Source of the DNA: Girardia tigrina
Lineage: Eukaryota
NCBI GenBank assembly: GCA_001938485.1
Contig: MQRK01239066.1
Coordinates: forward strand, 14,639-78,638
DNA: 64,000 nt
Reading direction: 5' to 3'
Shown here: in pieces, positions 13,401 to 25,890 of the stretch
Layout of the letters: every line of letters begins with the position of its first letter
How positions within the stretch are numbered: position 1 is the stretch's first letter
Program-made: the position numbers and the translations under genes
The notes under the pieces: generated by a model
What the model saw: the letters and a program-made list of their open reading frames with translations, nothing else
Database searches by the model: none
Told to the model about the DNA's origin: nothing

Positions 13401-13548
13401 TTATCATAAAATTATTATGAAATATGAATAATATAAAAATTTAAAAATATACATTAAAAAACGAAAAAATTATATTTTTTTTATTTTTCATCACTTGAAA
13501 AAGGTGCCGGTACCCCGTACCGGCGCGTACCGTTACAAAAAAGCACTA
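10436..13548. mobile_element. Non-autonomous TIR element (probably hAT) inserted in a (TA)n tract and interrupted by a pogo element
   Basis: CAGTGCTTTTTTTGTAA ... TTACAAAAAAGCACTA termini. GGTGCCGGTAC occurs near both ends. (TA)n flanks both sides. GC-rich GGGGCGGAGCCCC internal motif. Confidence 0.75.
10473..12629 (-). mobile_element. Full-length pogo/Tigger-family transposon (2157 bp) with a frameshifted transposase (~12405-10655)
   Basis: Perfect 38-bp TIRs CCGTCTTGTCACGTATAAATGGCGCACGCCATTTATTT with TA on both sides. The transposase shows an HTH, a CENP-B-type segment FDASNGW, and the DDE_1 motifs IINFD, TFTPTISANG and PPNVTGIIQPIDV. Confidence 0.92.
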
Positions 13549-13623
13549 TATATATATATATATATATATATATNNNNNNNNNNNNNNNNNNNNNNNNNNN
13601 NNNNNNNNNNNNNNNNNNNNNNN

Positions 13624-13659
<36 letters not shown>
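13549..13659. repeat. (TA)n microsatellite containing an assembly gap
   Basis: Directly visible. Confidence 0.95.
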
Positions 13660-13660
<1 letters not shown>

Positions 13661-13679
13661 TTTACAAAATATAAATATA

Positions 13680-14530
13680 CAATGGGGGAAATTGAATTAA
13701 AGACACTATGTAGAAAACATATATTTCATTAATAATGAATGGAAAAAAACACTAAATGCAAAGACAATGAAGGCAGAATAGCAATAGTAGAGGGATAGGA
13801 ATATGTCGGAATTGCATGCAAGTCAATATTCTGAAGTGAATCCCTGTTGTGCATGAAAGACCTCAGTCTCCTTGGCATTGACTATATCAAACTCTGGCAG
13901 TATTGTGATGTTATTTCATGATTTCATACAAAAGTAATGGTGGTTTTCAATTCGGAAATTGTTCTGGGTCAGTGAGCTCTGACTTTGTTTTTCAAATCCC
14001 TCCAAAGATTTTCAATTGGGTTGCAATCAGGACTTTGTTCAACCCAATTCATATGTTTGAATCCAAACTGAGCAAAGTTTTCCAGAACAAACTTTAAGCG
14101 GTGACAAGGAGCTGCATCATCCTGCACTGTTGTATTTTTAATGTTCCTAAATTGTTCAATGACTGTTTTCCTTAATTTATTCTGAAGGATGAAACTATAC
14201 CAATGAAAATTCATTCTTCCTCCTTGTTCCAGGAAATGCATTTTCCCAACACCCCTATGTGAAAAACTGTTCCATAAATGAACTGCAAGGCTGGGTTTTA
14301 CACTTAGGCGTAGATATATGAGGTTAATAAACTTCTCCAGGGGCTCTTTAAATCCTTGCTCTTTTTCATTCATTAAATAGAGATATATGTGTTTCATCAG
14401 TAAAAGCAACAGTTTTTTCCAAAATGCTGGAGTCTCAGAGGAGTTATATGAATGAATCTTCTTGTTTCTTTTGAAACAGCTTTTGTCAAGCTCCATGAAT
14501 TAGCCGAGTCGGAATTCGAGTTGCCGAACA
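13680..14530 (-). mobile_element. Tc1-like element, 3' part with a DD..E transposase fragment (13969-14496)
   Basis: Motifs QDDAAPCH and QSPDCNPIENLW; TA|CAATGGGGGAAA terminus. Confidence 0.85.
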
Positions 14531-14699
14531 ATATCGATCGATTGAAGAAACATGTGATTTGAGATTAGACGCAAAATTTTTCTTAATAAAGAAAATCTCT
14601 GTCATTTTTTATATAACGTATATTCAAACTATATATTTATAAACATGTTAAATAATGAGTATTATTTGTAACCTTTCTATAACACTACCGGAAATGCAT

Positions 14700-15000
14700 A
14701 CTATTCACAATAAATACTAAGAGCAAGATGGGAATCAGTAGAGAGGACCACAATGAAAAAGAAGCTGAAATTCTGGGGATATCAGATAGGAAAACAAACA
14801 CTAAATGATTGAAAGAAGAGTGATGGGGGAAAAACAAATTGAAATATAGATTAGAAGACGTGGAAAGGAATGGATTGGATGGAACATGAAAAGTTTAAGA
14901 AGAGACGCATTTAAATATAGAATAGTGGCAAAGGTTTAAGCATAATTAGATGACTTACGGCAAAATGATTAAGGTCCAAAAGAAGAATGAAGACGATGAT
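14700..15000 (+). mobile_element. Probable RTE-like LINE 3' end remnant
   Basis: A KKKLKFWGY segment, a purine-rich R/G/W stretch, and an AAG/GAT-like tail. Heavily decayed. Confidence 0.4.
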
Positions 15001-15662
15001 TACAATTACTTTTGTTTGTTATTATTAATTGCTGTTTCTATGAATGTTCGAGTATCGATAATGCAATCAGAGAGATCATACATATCTACATAGTTAATTA
15101 CAGGAAAATAAATAAATGTTATGTTTTCAAGTCATATTTAAAGGCCTATATTTAATTTATTATATTGAATCAAATATGTGTCACAATAAATGACAATTTA
15201 CAATACCAAATGATCAAATAACCATTGTAGGAAAACATGCTTATTCAAAAAAACAATGTTTTCCTAAATAACGAACGTATGGTTACTGTAGATTTATAAA
15301 ATTTAACTAAGATATTATATTATTTTTATTTTTATACAATATTTTAAATGAAAATTATAAAATTCATTTTTTTTAAAATATCTTTTATTAGTAAAATTAT
15401 TGGATGATATTTTAAAATCGTCTTCAAAAATTATATGATCCGTTTTTTTTGTTTTTTTAATAAATAGACGCATGTATCGATAAACAAACTTTCAACAAGA
15501 ATATTTTGAAGCTTAAAAATTAATTTAAATTTAATTAATTCAAATTATTTTTAAAACATTTTTCAAGAGCATTTTGAACATGTTGTTATAGTAAAGTTAT
15601 GAATTCCAACTTCACATAATTTTAATTATAAATATTAACATTTTTTATTTTAATACAATTGA

Positions 15663-15702
<40 letters not shown>

Positions 15703-15733
15703 TTATTTTATTTATTTATTTTTATTTTTTCAG

Positions 15734-16228
15734 GTTTGAGAATAACGAAATTTCAACAATTAAAGTCTGTAATATTGCAAATAATATAATGTTAAAATAT
15801 TTATTTTAATATTTACTATTTGAATTACAACTTATTTAATAAAACTGAGAAATTTATTTGGAAAATTTTTAAAAAATTAATTAAAAAATACTCTACTCTC
15901 CTCTTTTAGCTTGACTCAATTGATAAAATAAATCAAAGAAAGAACAACATTTACAAGAGAATTTAGGTACAAACTTTACTTTAAAAAACAAAGTAAATAT
16001 TTTTAATTGCAAAAAATGATTTGATTTTTAAGGCTCAAATAATAATGAAGAACAGATGAAAACGTTTTATGTAGCAAGCGTTTTTAGATGGATGATAGTT
16101 GACTCAAATAATGTATTTTTCTCAGAGAAGAATATAATTGGTATTAATATGAATACCTGAAGTTTGCTTTTATTATTTAAAAATTTAACGTATTTTCAGT
16201 CCAGAAAAAAAGCTATAAAAAGTATTAA
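15734..16228 (+). other. Candidate cluster of small spliced exons (15734-15768, 15910-15966, 16033-16140, 16200-)
   Basis: Four polypyrimidine-AG acceptors with GT donors. Two introns are 66 and 59 nt. The first two exons join as LRITKFQQLKS|LDSIDKINQRKNNIYKRI*. Confidence 0.3.
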
Positions 16229-17329
16229 AGAGTATAATACAACCCTTCCAAAGTGACCATATTGTCTTATATATTATATTATTATTTTCTTATATATTAT
16301 ATTATATTTGAATATTATCATTTCTGTTTTAATCTTCTATCGATTCTCAAATTTCTTTGATGAATTTTATTATTTTCTTTAATCAAATAATTTTTTTCCG
16401 AAATGAAAATTACATTTTCATCTTCCAAAACTATTCTTGTAGAGACAAATAAAATAATGATTATTCTAATTTGATCAGCAAATCCAGATCAAAATTCATT
16501 TTTGAACAAACCGTTTTGATTTAATTTAAATATATTTTAATCTAATTTCTTATAATTTCGAAAAATAAAAACATTTGTTTTAATTCTCTTTGAAAAAAAT
16601 AAGTTATATTTGAAAATTTTTATTATGTATTTTGTTAAAAAATTAATAAAAAAAATAAAAATTAAAAATATAATCTCTACTAACGAAAATAATTTTAAAT
16701 TAATTTTATTTTATAAATAAATTTTTAGATAAATATTTTTATTATTTAATAGATTTGTTATATTTTAAGAAAATAAATTTTAAATAATTTTATTAAAATA
16801 TTTAACATTATTATATTTTTGTTATGAAACAATATTGTATTATTTTATAAATGTCCGATAATTATTTTTATAAAATACTACCTTACAAATTTGATTAAAT
16901 TAAAAATTAAGTTTCTAATTTCAATCGTTTTTTATTCTTTTTATAATTCTGTCAGTAAATTCATGTATAACCAACTTCTTCAAATATAAAGACAATATTT
17001 TATGAACGAAAAACATAAATTAATTGACAAAAGAGACAGTGATGTCGAATTAACGAAATAGATTTTAATAAAAATTCTTTTTTCCATAAATTTATAGTAA
17101 TCTTTATATCTTAAAACTAATTTAAATATGAAAACAATGGCATAAAGTAAACTAAAGCTGTTAAAAAATTAATGGATGGTTACGATTTAACTGAAAAAAT
17201 TTTTTTTATAAGAAGTCTAAAAATTTAGAATAGTATTTGTTAATTGCGTACAGTCGTCTTTATTGAATTACATCAATTTAGCATTCTGATATCATTTTAA
17301 TACAATAATAATTTACTGATTGAAATGTT

Positions 17330-17770
17330 TTAGGAATATATAATCGCATTTGAAAGTTTCAGACTTTTTATATTCGTTTGATATCGCGGAATGTCTCACT
17401 CGGTATATGTCTCAACAACAAAAACTTTCATGTTTGTTATTAAAATTTTATTTTTTAATTTAACCCAAATCTAAGTTTCAGTAAATTGTAAACTATGTCT
17501 GTTCAATTAGCTTTGTCGTACCTTATTTATATTGGTATTTAAAATATTGATATTTACATTGATATCTAGTATGAATCCTTTTTTACATCCTTTTTCTTAA
17601 CTTTCAAATAATTCTTAACAAGTTATTATAAATTTGGTCAAATATTAATTGTTATGAATATTTTTGAATGGTGTTTATTGTATGTTGTTTTAAAGATTGT
17701 GTTTCTCCGACCCAGATGGAAGATTGATATTGTAAACCTTGATCTTTGAACCTTGAAAAAATATTCCAAC
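17330..17770 (-). mobile_element. Old PLE remnant
   Basis: 17698-17731 is inversely homologous to 46812-46846, the 5' part of the PLE there. Decayed GIY-YIG-like codons lie near 17370-17420. Confidence 0.45.
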
Positions 17771-17849
17771 CAGATTATTAGGAGAAATTTTAAATATAGA
17801 TAACAACCTTTAAAATTAAATTAATATATTTTAATTAATGAATATAAAT

Positions 17850-18782
17850 TTTGGACACTTGTCATGTGACTTTTTACCGCTTACATTTGATCACTTAGAC
17901 TCTTTATCAGTTGTAAATTTTATCACTTATTTTTGGACACTATCACTTATAATATTTTATAAAAAATGAATTTTTATTATTAAAAAAATTGAAGAATTGA
18001 ATTTTTTTTAAACTTTGAAATATTTTTACGACACCCAAGTCGTCTTATGCTTCTGATGTATGTACCTCAAAGTAAAATAATGAGTTTGATAAATTTCGGT
18101 GTTCGGGCGCATTTTCCACAACATCTTCAAAAACTTTTATTACATCTGCAGGAGGAATCATGGCCAGTACAGAAAGGCAGCGAATAGTCATTCTTAGACT
18201 TATTTATTTTTCAAGTGTTTTTTCAGTCAAAGATCATATACCTTTGGAATAACCCCTAGGACAAAAATGAAAATAACATCGTGTCACTTGTGCGCTTGAA
18301 CAAACGGTCTGAAAAGTTACAATTCCAAAATCAACAATGATACGTTTAGATGAGGCAAATAAAATCATTGATTTTAATAAATTTAAAATTTTATCGTACA
18401 TTATTTTAGTTTTTTTTATGAGACCATAAATTCCAGCTAGATTAATTTCCGATGCAAGTTCAAAATGAATAATGTATAATTGAAAAAAATATATTTAATT
18501 TAAGTGCCAAGAGATAAAGTGTCAAAAAATCAGTGATAAATTATTTTTAATTTAATTTTTAATTTATTGATATTAAACAATAAAATAATTCTAAATTAAA
18601 AATATATTATTTAATTTGACACAATATTATATTAATATATTAATATTATATTAATATATTAACATTTGACACAAAAATATTTTTTAAAAAAAATATAAGT
18701 GATAAAGTGTCAAGTGATACACTGTTCATAAATAAGTGATAAAATGTACTGTGACAAAGTGTCAAGTGACGAAATGTCCGAA
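17850..18782 (-). mobile_element. Deleted Mutator-like (MULE) element
   Basis: Inverted termini are built of GACA(C/T)TT.TCAC(TT) repeats. Internal minus-strand fragments QLYIIH, IIVDF, CYFHF and LAMIPP are typical of MULE transposase. Confidence 0.75.
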
Positions 18783-20498
18783 CATCAATAAATATAAAAA
18801 AATATTTTAATCAAAATATTTTAATTCTATGTGAAAGTGATTTAAAATATTTTAATAGTGGACCGTAACGTAAAGAATTATTTTTTCATAAATAAGTTAT
18901 TGAAAATATTTTAGTAAGAAATTGTAATTTAGATTTGTTCGAATAATTAGAGGTTTAGAAATAAAATTTAAATTTCTCAATCAAGAACAATATATAACTA
19001 CGAAAGTTTTGTGGAGAAGAAAGTTTTAGATTTCCAATATCAATAAAATGTATTGGAATTCATACAAATGTTCTTAATATTAATGATGATAAAAAAGATA
19101 AAAAATTAAAGTTTAATGCAAATATTTATTTATAAATCTTTAAAACTGACAAAGAAAGAAAATATGAAAGTAACAAGAGAGACATTATGTTATAATTTTA
19201 TATTGTTTTGAAATAATATTATTGTCGAAAGTATTGATTATTAAATTCATTTAAAAATGGATAGAGATTTTTAATATAGTATACGGATATATGATTTACA
19301 TATTTTACATATTTTTACATATATTTTTACTTGCAATCGCCAAGGAAGAAGCAATAAATAAAGGAAAATTCAATTCCATAAGTAATTGGCATAGAAATAT
19401 AAGCAAGGAATACAAAGAATATTAGAAGATATTCATCCGGAATTCTTATTTCTTTTCCATTTAATAATCAATTTTCTAACTTCCTTTCGAGTTTTTCCTA
19501 ATATTAATCAAATTGAAAATCGTCAACAATATTTGACTTTATTATTCCAAATTATTTTCTTATGTTGGCGCATTTTGACTAAAACCTTATTCGGTGATCT
19601 CGGGATCTTTTTATTTATGTTATTTTGTTCGAAGTTAAATATATTTGTTTCTATCGTTATTATTATTAAAATTATTTTTTTATTATTTAAAATTTTACAA
19701 AGACTCGTTAATTGAGATTTGTTTAACTCGAAATAAATTTTGAAACGAATGTTACCCAATATTATTTTTACATTAATCTTTAAATAAACATATAATATAA
19801 AATATACTGATTAAAAATTAGTATTATCCTTACAAGAAACTTCTTCGGAGTATTTTATGGAGATTCAATGATTTAAAATAACAAGGTTTTGTGTTTTATT
19901 GCAGAAACTTTATTAGAAAACTTTTTGTCTACAAAAAACAATTATAACTAAAATAAATATAATATTATTTTATTATTTAATTATTATAAAAATTAAAGTT
20001 TTATAATAATATAAAATGAACAAGTTTAGTTAAAGATTTTTTAAAAAATTATGTTTATTTATTAAAAATATAAAATCTTTCAAAATCAACTGAAATCGGT
20101 TTTAATAAATTTTGAATGAACGTTTTTAGCAAAATATACAACTCAAAATTTTTGTCAATTATTTCAATTAAATATCCTTTCAGAGCTCGGCAATTGTTTT
20201 CCTAATCAATTCACTCTGAATTTGATATATAATTTCTACAAAATTCACTCAAGATTCGACAAAATCGTCTCAACAAAAACTCACTTCAATCTCGAACAAT
20301 TTAATAAAAAATATTAGCAAAACAACATTCTCTATCAATACACGAAGCACAATGCTCGCACATGTCAAATCAAACACACCAAACAAGCACGCCGACTCTA
20401 AAAATCAAAATCAATCTGAACAAAGAAGTCTCTTTGGATTGAATATTAATTATTTTTATATTTTTAAATAATTTTTGTAATTTTGTAATAAGTTTTGT

Positions 20499-20692
20499 AA
20501 TTGATTGCATGAAATCACGTTAATCAACAATTCTCAATAAGCTTGTTGAGACTGCCGATGGAACATTGATTCTAGGGAAACGTGAATCATAGTTTATTAG
20601 GTTACGTTGCCCTAAAATGAATATTCAATCAGCAGTCTCAAGCTACTTATTGAGAATTTTTGATTAGCGTGATTTCATGTAATTGATTACAT
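20499..20692. mobile_element. Older inverted pair of PLE pLTR fragments
   Basis: Diverged copies of 22240-22340 in head-to-head orientation. Confidence 0.85.
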
Positions 20693-20719
20693 CATTGTAG
20701 TAAAATCAATTATTGTAGT

Positions 20720-21403
20720 AAAAATGATTCTTTTTTCTTCCCAATCAGCTGGTAAACGATTGTCCGAGTGAAGTTACTACTCTCATGCTTAAATTATTTC
20801 TTTTCATAAATCTTGTGCACCAATCATTCGTTCCTTTAAAATTTTCTATATTAAAATCATATTTTACCATTTGTTCGCTGTTAATCTAATATCAATTGTA
20901 GAAACTTAAAACCCTTTCTCCCTTTTCTCAATTAGATACTTTTTAAGGGCCTTTTCTAAATCGGGCTAATGTGCAAATCCCCCTCTTTTTGCTTTCTTTT
21001 TTTTAGGCATTACGTTTAAAAGATTTTTCGATTTTCTCAAATCCCGAATGTTTTTTTTTCATTTATAATGAATTCTCATTCTGCTTCTCTGTCACAATGT
21101 TTTTCAGCATAAGCAATAATTCTCAATTTTCTTTCGACCGTAAACGATCTTCTTGCTTACTTCATTTTTAACTTGGATTTTAAATTCAAATTATTTTAAT
21201 AAAACAAAAATCATTAAAATCAAAATTAAAATAATATTAATTTAAATTTAATTATTTCTTCATTTGCATTATTTAAAATAAGTTTTTGATTCAAGTTTTC
21301 AAGTCACAAAAATATGCGACTTATACGCTGTTGAATTTAATTTTCTCAAATTTTAAAAAAATGGGATGTGACTTATATGCGAGTGCGACTTATTTAAATA
21401 CGG
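20720..21403 (-). mobile_element. pogo-family 5' remnant
   Basis: Terminus TA|CCGTATTT with GCGACTTAT repeats. A decayed N-terminal HTH reads RRSFTVERKLRIIAYAEKH. Confidence 0.7.
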
Positions 21404-21883
21404 TAAATTAAATTTGTTAACCAAAAAATAAGTTATATAAAACTAGTCTTATCACTAAACAAAACATTGTAAAGATTCGGAAGAATGTCTTTTACTCCAA
21501 CTGCTTTTGTTTGTTTCTTAAATCTTTCTGTGTTTTCTTTTTTAAAATAAATATAGCTTAATTTAATTCGTTAAGTAAACAATATAAATTGTCCTTTGTC
21601 TTATTCATAAAAAGAAAATGATGTATTGTGTTTGGAAATAAAAGATATTCTTCCATTAGAAATCGTTAATTGAATTTTTTCATATACGTTTACAAATACA
21701 TATTAAATTTATGTTTTTTTTAATTTTAGATTCTCTCTATAAATTTTATTAATATTTTTAAACAAATTTTTCACCTAAAATTAATTAAAAATTATGTATA
21801 CATTTGTATAAATTGATAAAACGAAGTCCGGATGAAAATCTTCTTTTAATAACCAAAGTCATCCATTTAAAAATATATTTTAA

Positions 21884-21922
21884 GACAATATATTTCGACG
21901 GATCTACCGTCATCTTCAGGTC
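21884..21922 (-). ncRNA. Minimal type-I hammerhead ribozyme (PLE pLTR)
   Basis: GAC CTGAAGA T GACGG-TAGAT-CCGTC GAAA TATATT GTC on the minus strand. Confidence 0.85.
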
Positions 21923-22386
21923 ACTAATTAATAATCAATTCACCTGTATATAAATACAAAAATGATGATTATGTAATCGATTGCATGAAATCATGCTAAT
22001 CAAAAATTCTCAATAAGCTGGTTGAGATTGCCGATTGAACATTGATTTTAGGGCAACGTGACCTAATTAACAATGCTTCACACGACACTCACAACATCAC
22101 ATTTACATTTTTTTAGGAAAATAGGACATTTTTTTAGAACATAGGAAAAAATGTAAATGTGATGTTAATTTTGATAATTTCAAAATTCTGTGTAAGCATT
22201 TTGACAGTTATTGGGAGAGAGTGTCGTGTGAATCATTGTTAATTAGGTCACGTTGCCCTAAAATCAATGTTCAATCGGCAGTCTCAACCAGCTTATTGAG
22301 AATTTTTGATTAGCATGATTTCATGCAATCGATTACATAATCATCATTTTTGTATTTATATACAGGTGAATTGATTATTAATTAGT

Positions 22387-22425
22387 GACCTGAAGATGAC
22401 GGTAGATCCGTCGAAATATATTGTC
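22387..22425 (+). ncRNA. Minimal type-I hammerhead ribozyme (PLE pLTR)
   Basis: Stem I GAC/GTC, core CTGAAGA, stem II GACGG/CCGTC, GAAA, palindromic ATATAT. Predicted cleavage after AUU (22422). Confidence 0.85.
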
Positions 22426-23199
22426 TTAAAATATATTTTTAAATGGATGACTTTGGTTATTTGTATAAATGTCCGATAAATCCACTCTTGTAGACAATTC
22501 TTTCAATCCTTATAGGACAAAAGCACTTCACCTAATAATGAATATTGTAACATAACTTATGTAATTCCTTTTAAAAATTTATAATCAAATTTATAGTATA
22601 ATTTCATAACAAGAATACAGATTAGAGACATTCGAAATGTCAACGAAATTCGACCTCCAGTAATTTTGCCATTGTTCTTCGAGGATCGTTTCTGTACTAG
22701 AGTAAAATAATTGCGTCTTAATTTGAGTTCTTTTTTTCAATCTATGATCGAAATATTCTCAAAAAAACTACTTTTTCGATTTTATTTTTTCCATAGGAAA
22801 AATGTAATCTAATATTAACTGATTTTCGTCACATTCATTTTGAATAAAACGCATGAAAAAGGAACGGTATTATGATTTTCTAATCAAAAACCGATTTTTA
22901 AGTCATTCAAAGATTGGACCACCCCGAAACATCAAAATTCTTTTCTAAATGGGCGGTTATTTGATTACCCAAATTTTGTTACCAAATGGAAGTCGGATAT
23001 GCAAAACAAATTCAGCAGAATTAGGTGAACACGGTTAAAGGGTTCAAAAATATTATGTTGATTATAGAGATTAAAGAAATATAAATTTAAGTAGCACAAA
23101 TAGTCTAAGGTATATTTATTTATTATTTATTTTATAATCTTACAAAATAATTCCGCAGCAAAAAAGACTCTCTGATTCAACTCTTTATTGCGCAATTGT

Positions 23200-23784
23200 C
23201 CATAAAGCTTAATAAAAATATCTCAAATGTTTTCCTCTGGAATTTGGCTCTAAAATACTTTTAGTTTTGTTTTGAGAATGTTTTTGAAATTTTGTTGGAT
23301 CCTTTCAGATCAGTACAATTAGTTGAAGCAAATTTTTTTCCGCCATAGAAAGGTTTCTGACTCCAAAGGCTGTGTTGTTTCTGAGCTGTCTCTGTTTAGT
23401 TTTTTACAACATATAAACGTTCCATTAACTGTATTTTGTTAAGTTTATCCTCGGCGTTTTACTGAAGATTATTTATCATTTATATAATAAATCCCAGTAT
23501 TATGTTCGTCTTTTTTTCACTGTCTTGAACTAAACTATCTTAAAGTTTTTTTATGAAAATTATTTAAAATAGTAAATAACAAAGAATTTAAATTATGATA
23601 AAGTGTACCAAAAATTAATTTAAAGAGTAAAAATAATAATTTCAAAAATAATGTGTAAATATTGTATTTAGAATAAAGATTTTAATTCTTTATTTTTAAA
23701 ATCGTTTTTCAAGCTCCACAATACCGGTATTGCCGAAGTTAATTTCGTTCCCAAATACCGGTAATACCGATATTGTAAACCCTA
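23200..23784 (-). mobile_element. hAT-like terminal remnant
   Basis: The terminus reads TAGGGTTTACAAT on the minus strand, with AATACCGGTA(T/A)T subterminal palindromes. The left boundary is approximate. Confidence 0.5.
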
Positions 23785-24503
23785 GTTTTCACAAAAAATA
23801 TAAATATCTGCGTTTTCAGAATTAAATTATTTAATTAATTAATAATTTGTTATGTAACGTTAAAATAATTTATTTTAATTAATTTAGTCTAGAAAAAATT
23901 CAAAAAGAAGTTGTCTTCAAAGAAGAATCTCATGGAATGGTCAAGCATAATTAAAGTATTAATTTTAGTAAATATAATCGGCATTGAAGAATTTGGGGTC
24001 CTGAAAACTGAGTCATTAAATGATAATAAAATTAATAATTTCAAATTGTAATTATAATTTTTTTTTTCATATACACAGAAGAATTTCAACGAATAATTGA
24101 AGAAAAATAAAAAAAAAAGATTTTTAATAATATGATATTCTGTAATTATAATGATTCTCGACTACGGAAATAAATATAAATAATCATTTATACTTTATTT
24201 TGTTATTATTTTTCTAAGTCTTGATGACTGTTCGATATTGTTGTTATTATTTTAATTAAATTGATTCTTTCCCACTTTTTTCGAAGCAAAATTGAAACAA
24301 TTTTAGTCAATGAACCAACAAAATATTATCAAAAATAATATTTCATTTATTTCCAGATTTTCAGTTATATTTTGAATAATTTAACTTTGGGATCAGTGAA
24401 CAAATCTTTAAAGCGATTTGACAACATTATTTTACTGGGAAAAAATAAATAAAATATTACTTTTAATTAATAATCTAAATGATTATTAAAATTTACAAAG
24501 TTA

Positions 24504-24900
24504 TGTGGAGCGTTCAATAAGTACTCGGCCTGACAAAGAAAACGAAGTTCAAAAAGGGAAATTTTTATAACACGACAAGCTTAACGTATATAGTCATCAT
24601 TTTTTAACATCAGGTTCGTTCTGCTGGACACACTTCCGTCAACGAAAAATCAACTTAGAAAACGCTTTTTTGAAAAACTTTGAAGATCATGCGGAGAAGA
24701 CATCTTCCATAGCAACCTTCAAATCGTTTTAGGATCAAAACTGGATGCCTCTCACAAGCTTCTTTAGCTGTCTAAAGAGGTAAAAATTGCTAGGTGTCAA
24801 ATCTGAGCTGTATGGTGGTTGATCCAGTAGAACTAGTCCAGCATCTTCAGTTTTGGCCCGAGAAATGCCTGCTGTGTCCATTGTCGTGGAGAAGAGAGAT
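24504..24900 (-). mobile_element. mariner 3' fragment with one TIR
   Basis: TA|TGTGGAGCGTTCAATAAGTA is related to the TIRs at 37154 and 43060. Minus-strand PPYSSDLTPSNFYLF motif. Confidence 0.8.
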
Positions 24901-25438
24901 TATTCACACCATCGAATGCAAATAAAAATCAAATAAATAAAGAACAAGTGCGAATTGCCAACAAAATTATGTAAATTATATTTGGTAATGAAATATTAAA
25001 ATCATGATTTATGTCTACCAAAACATTATGGCATTAAAAAACGTGAATTTTAAATTTAAATCTTGACATAACGACTCTTGTTGAAATATTTCTAATCTTA
25101 CGACCAGCATTACAAGTATTTACATGAAATACTTTAATAATTTGTTTGCAATAAATATATTTTTGATATTTAATATTATTAATATTTTAAAATTTAATAC
25201 TAAAATTCGATGAGATTTTAGATTTTTTACAATTTCACTTGTCTTGGTCTAATTGGGGTCACACGTGTTTTAGTGATGAAATTCGAAAAGAATTTAATTA
25301 CGGTTTAATGTATATTTGGTTTGATATTTAATGGTTACTTTTAGTCGATTTTAAAGAACAAGTTAAATGTCAATCTTCAATAAACACATAATATAAATTT
25401 TAAATTAGATATTTGTTAAAACATATTTAAAAAATTTT

Positions 25439-25479
25439 TTATACACGTTTCAATCAGAATATTTGGTCATCTTCAGTAA
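25439..25479 (-). ncRNA. Minimal hammerhead ribozyme motif
   Basis: TTA CTGAAGA T GACCA-AATATTC-TGATT GAAA CGTGTA TAA. Core intact; one stem-II mismatch. Confidence 0.65.
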
Positions 25480-25590
25480 CTTAATGATTTGATAATTCGA
25501 GGGTATAGATGTAAACCAAGTTAATTGATCGTTTACTTTGAATTATATTGGATAATAATTAACAATTACTTATTCATTATTATTATTATT

Positions 25591-25890
25591 ATTGATAAAA
25601 CGAAGTCCGGATTACTTTCAAAAAGCATTTTGACAGTTATTGGGAGGGAGTGTCGTGTGAAGCATTGTTAATTAGGTCACGTTGCCCTAAAATCAATGTT
25701 CAATCGGCAGTCTCAACCAGCTTATTGAGAATTTTTGATTAGCATGATTTCGTGCAATCGATTACATAATCATCATTTTTGTATTTATATACAGGTGAAT
25801 TGATTATTAATTAGTGATCTGAAGATGACGGTAGATCCGTCGAAATATATTGTCTTAAAATATATTTTTAAATGGATGACTTTGGTTATT
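25591..25890 (+). mobile_element. Young PLE pLTR copy with a short inverted tail, inserted in (TAT)n
   Basis: Nearly identical to 22194-22460. It is preceded by ATTGATAAAACGAAGTCCGGAT, which is also at 21812-21833. Confidence 0.9.
25816..25854 (+). ncRNA. Minimal type-I hammerhead ribozyme
   Basis: Same as 22387-22425 except stem I is GAT/GTC (U-G wobble). Confidence 0.8.

Larger units (their letters stand above)
21814..22460. mobile_element. Young PLE insertion: inverted pLTR plus tail, followed by a direct 5'-truncated pLTR
   Basis: About 240-bp near-perfect inverted repeat (21851-22091 vs 22218-22460). The + strand encodes a GIY-YIG C-terminus, EHRKKC...WERVSCESLLIRSRCPKIN...LRIFD*. ATTTGTATAAAT is duplicated at 21802-21813 and 22459-22470. 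Confidence 0.92.

Noticed and set aside
17850-18782. Short repeated motifs as a CRISPR-like array
   Set aside because: The repeats are irregular and inverted at the two ends of a MULE, there are no unique spacers or cas genes, and the context is eukaryotic.
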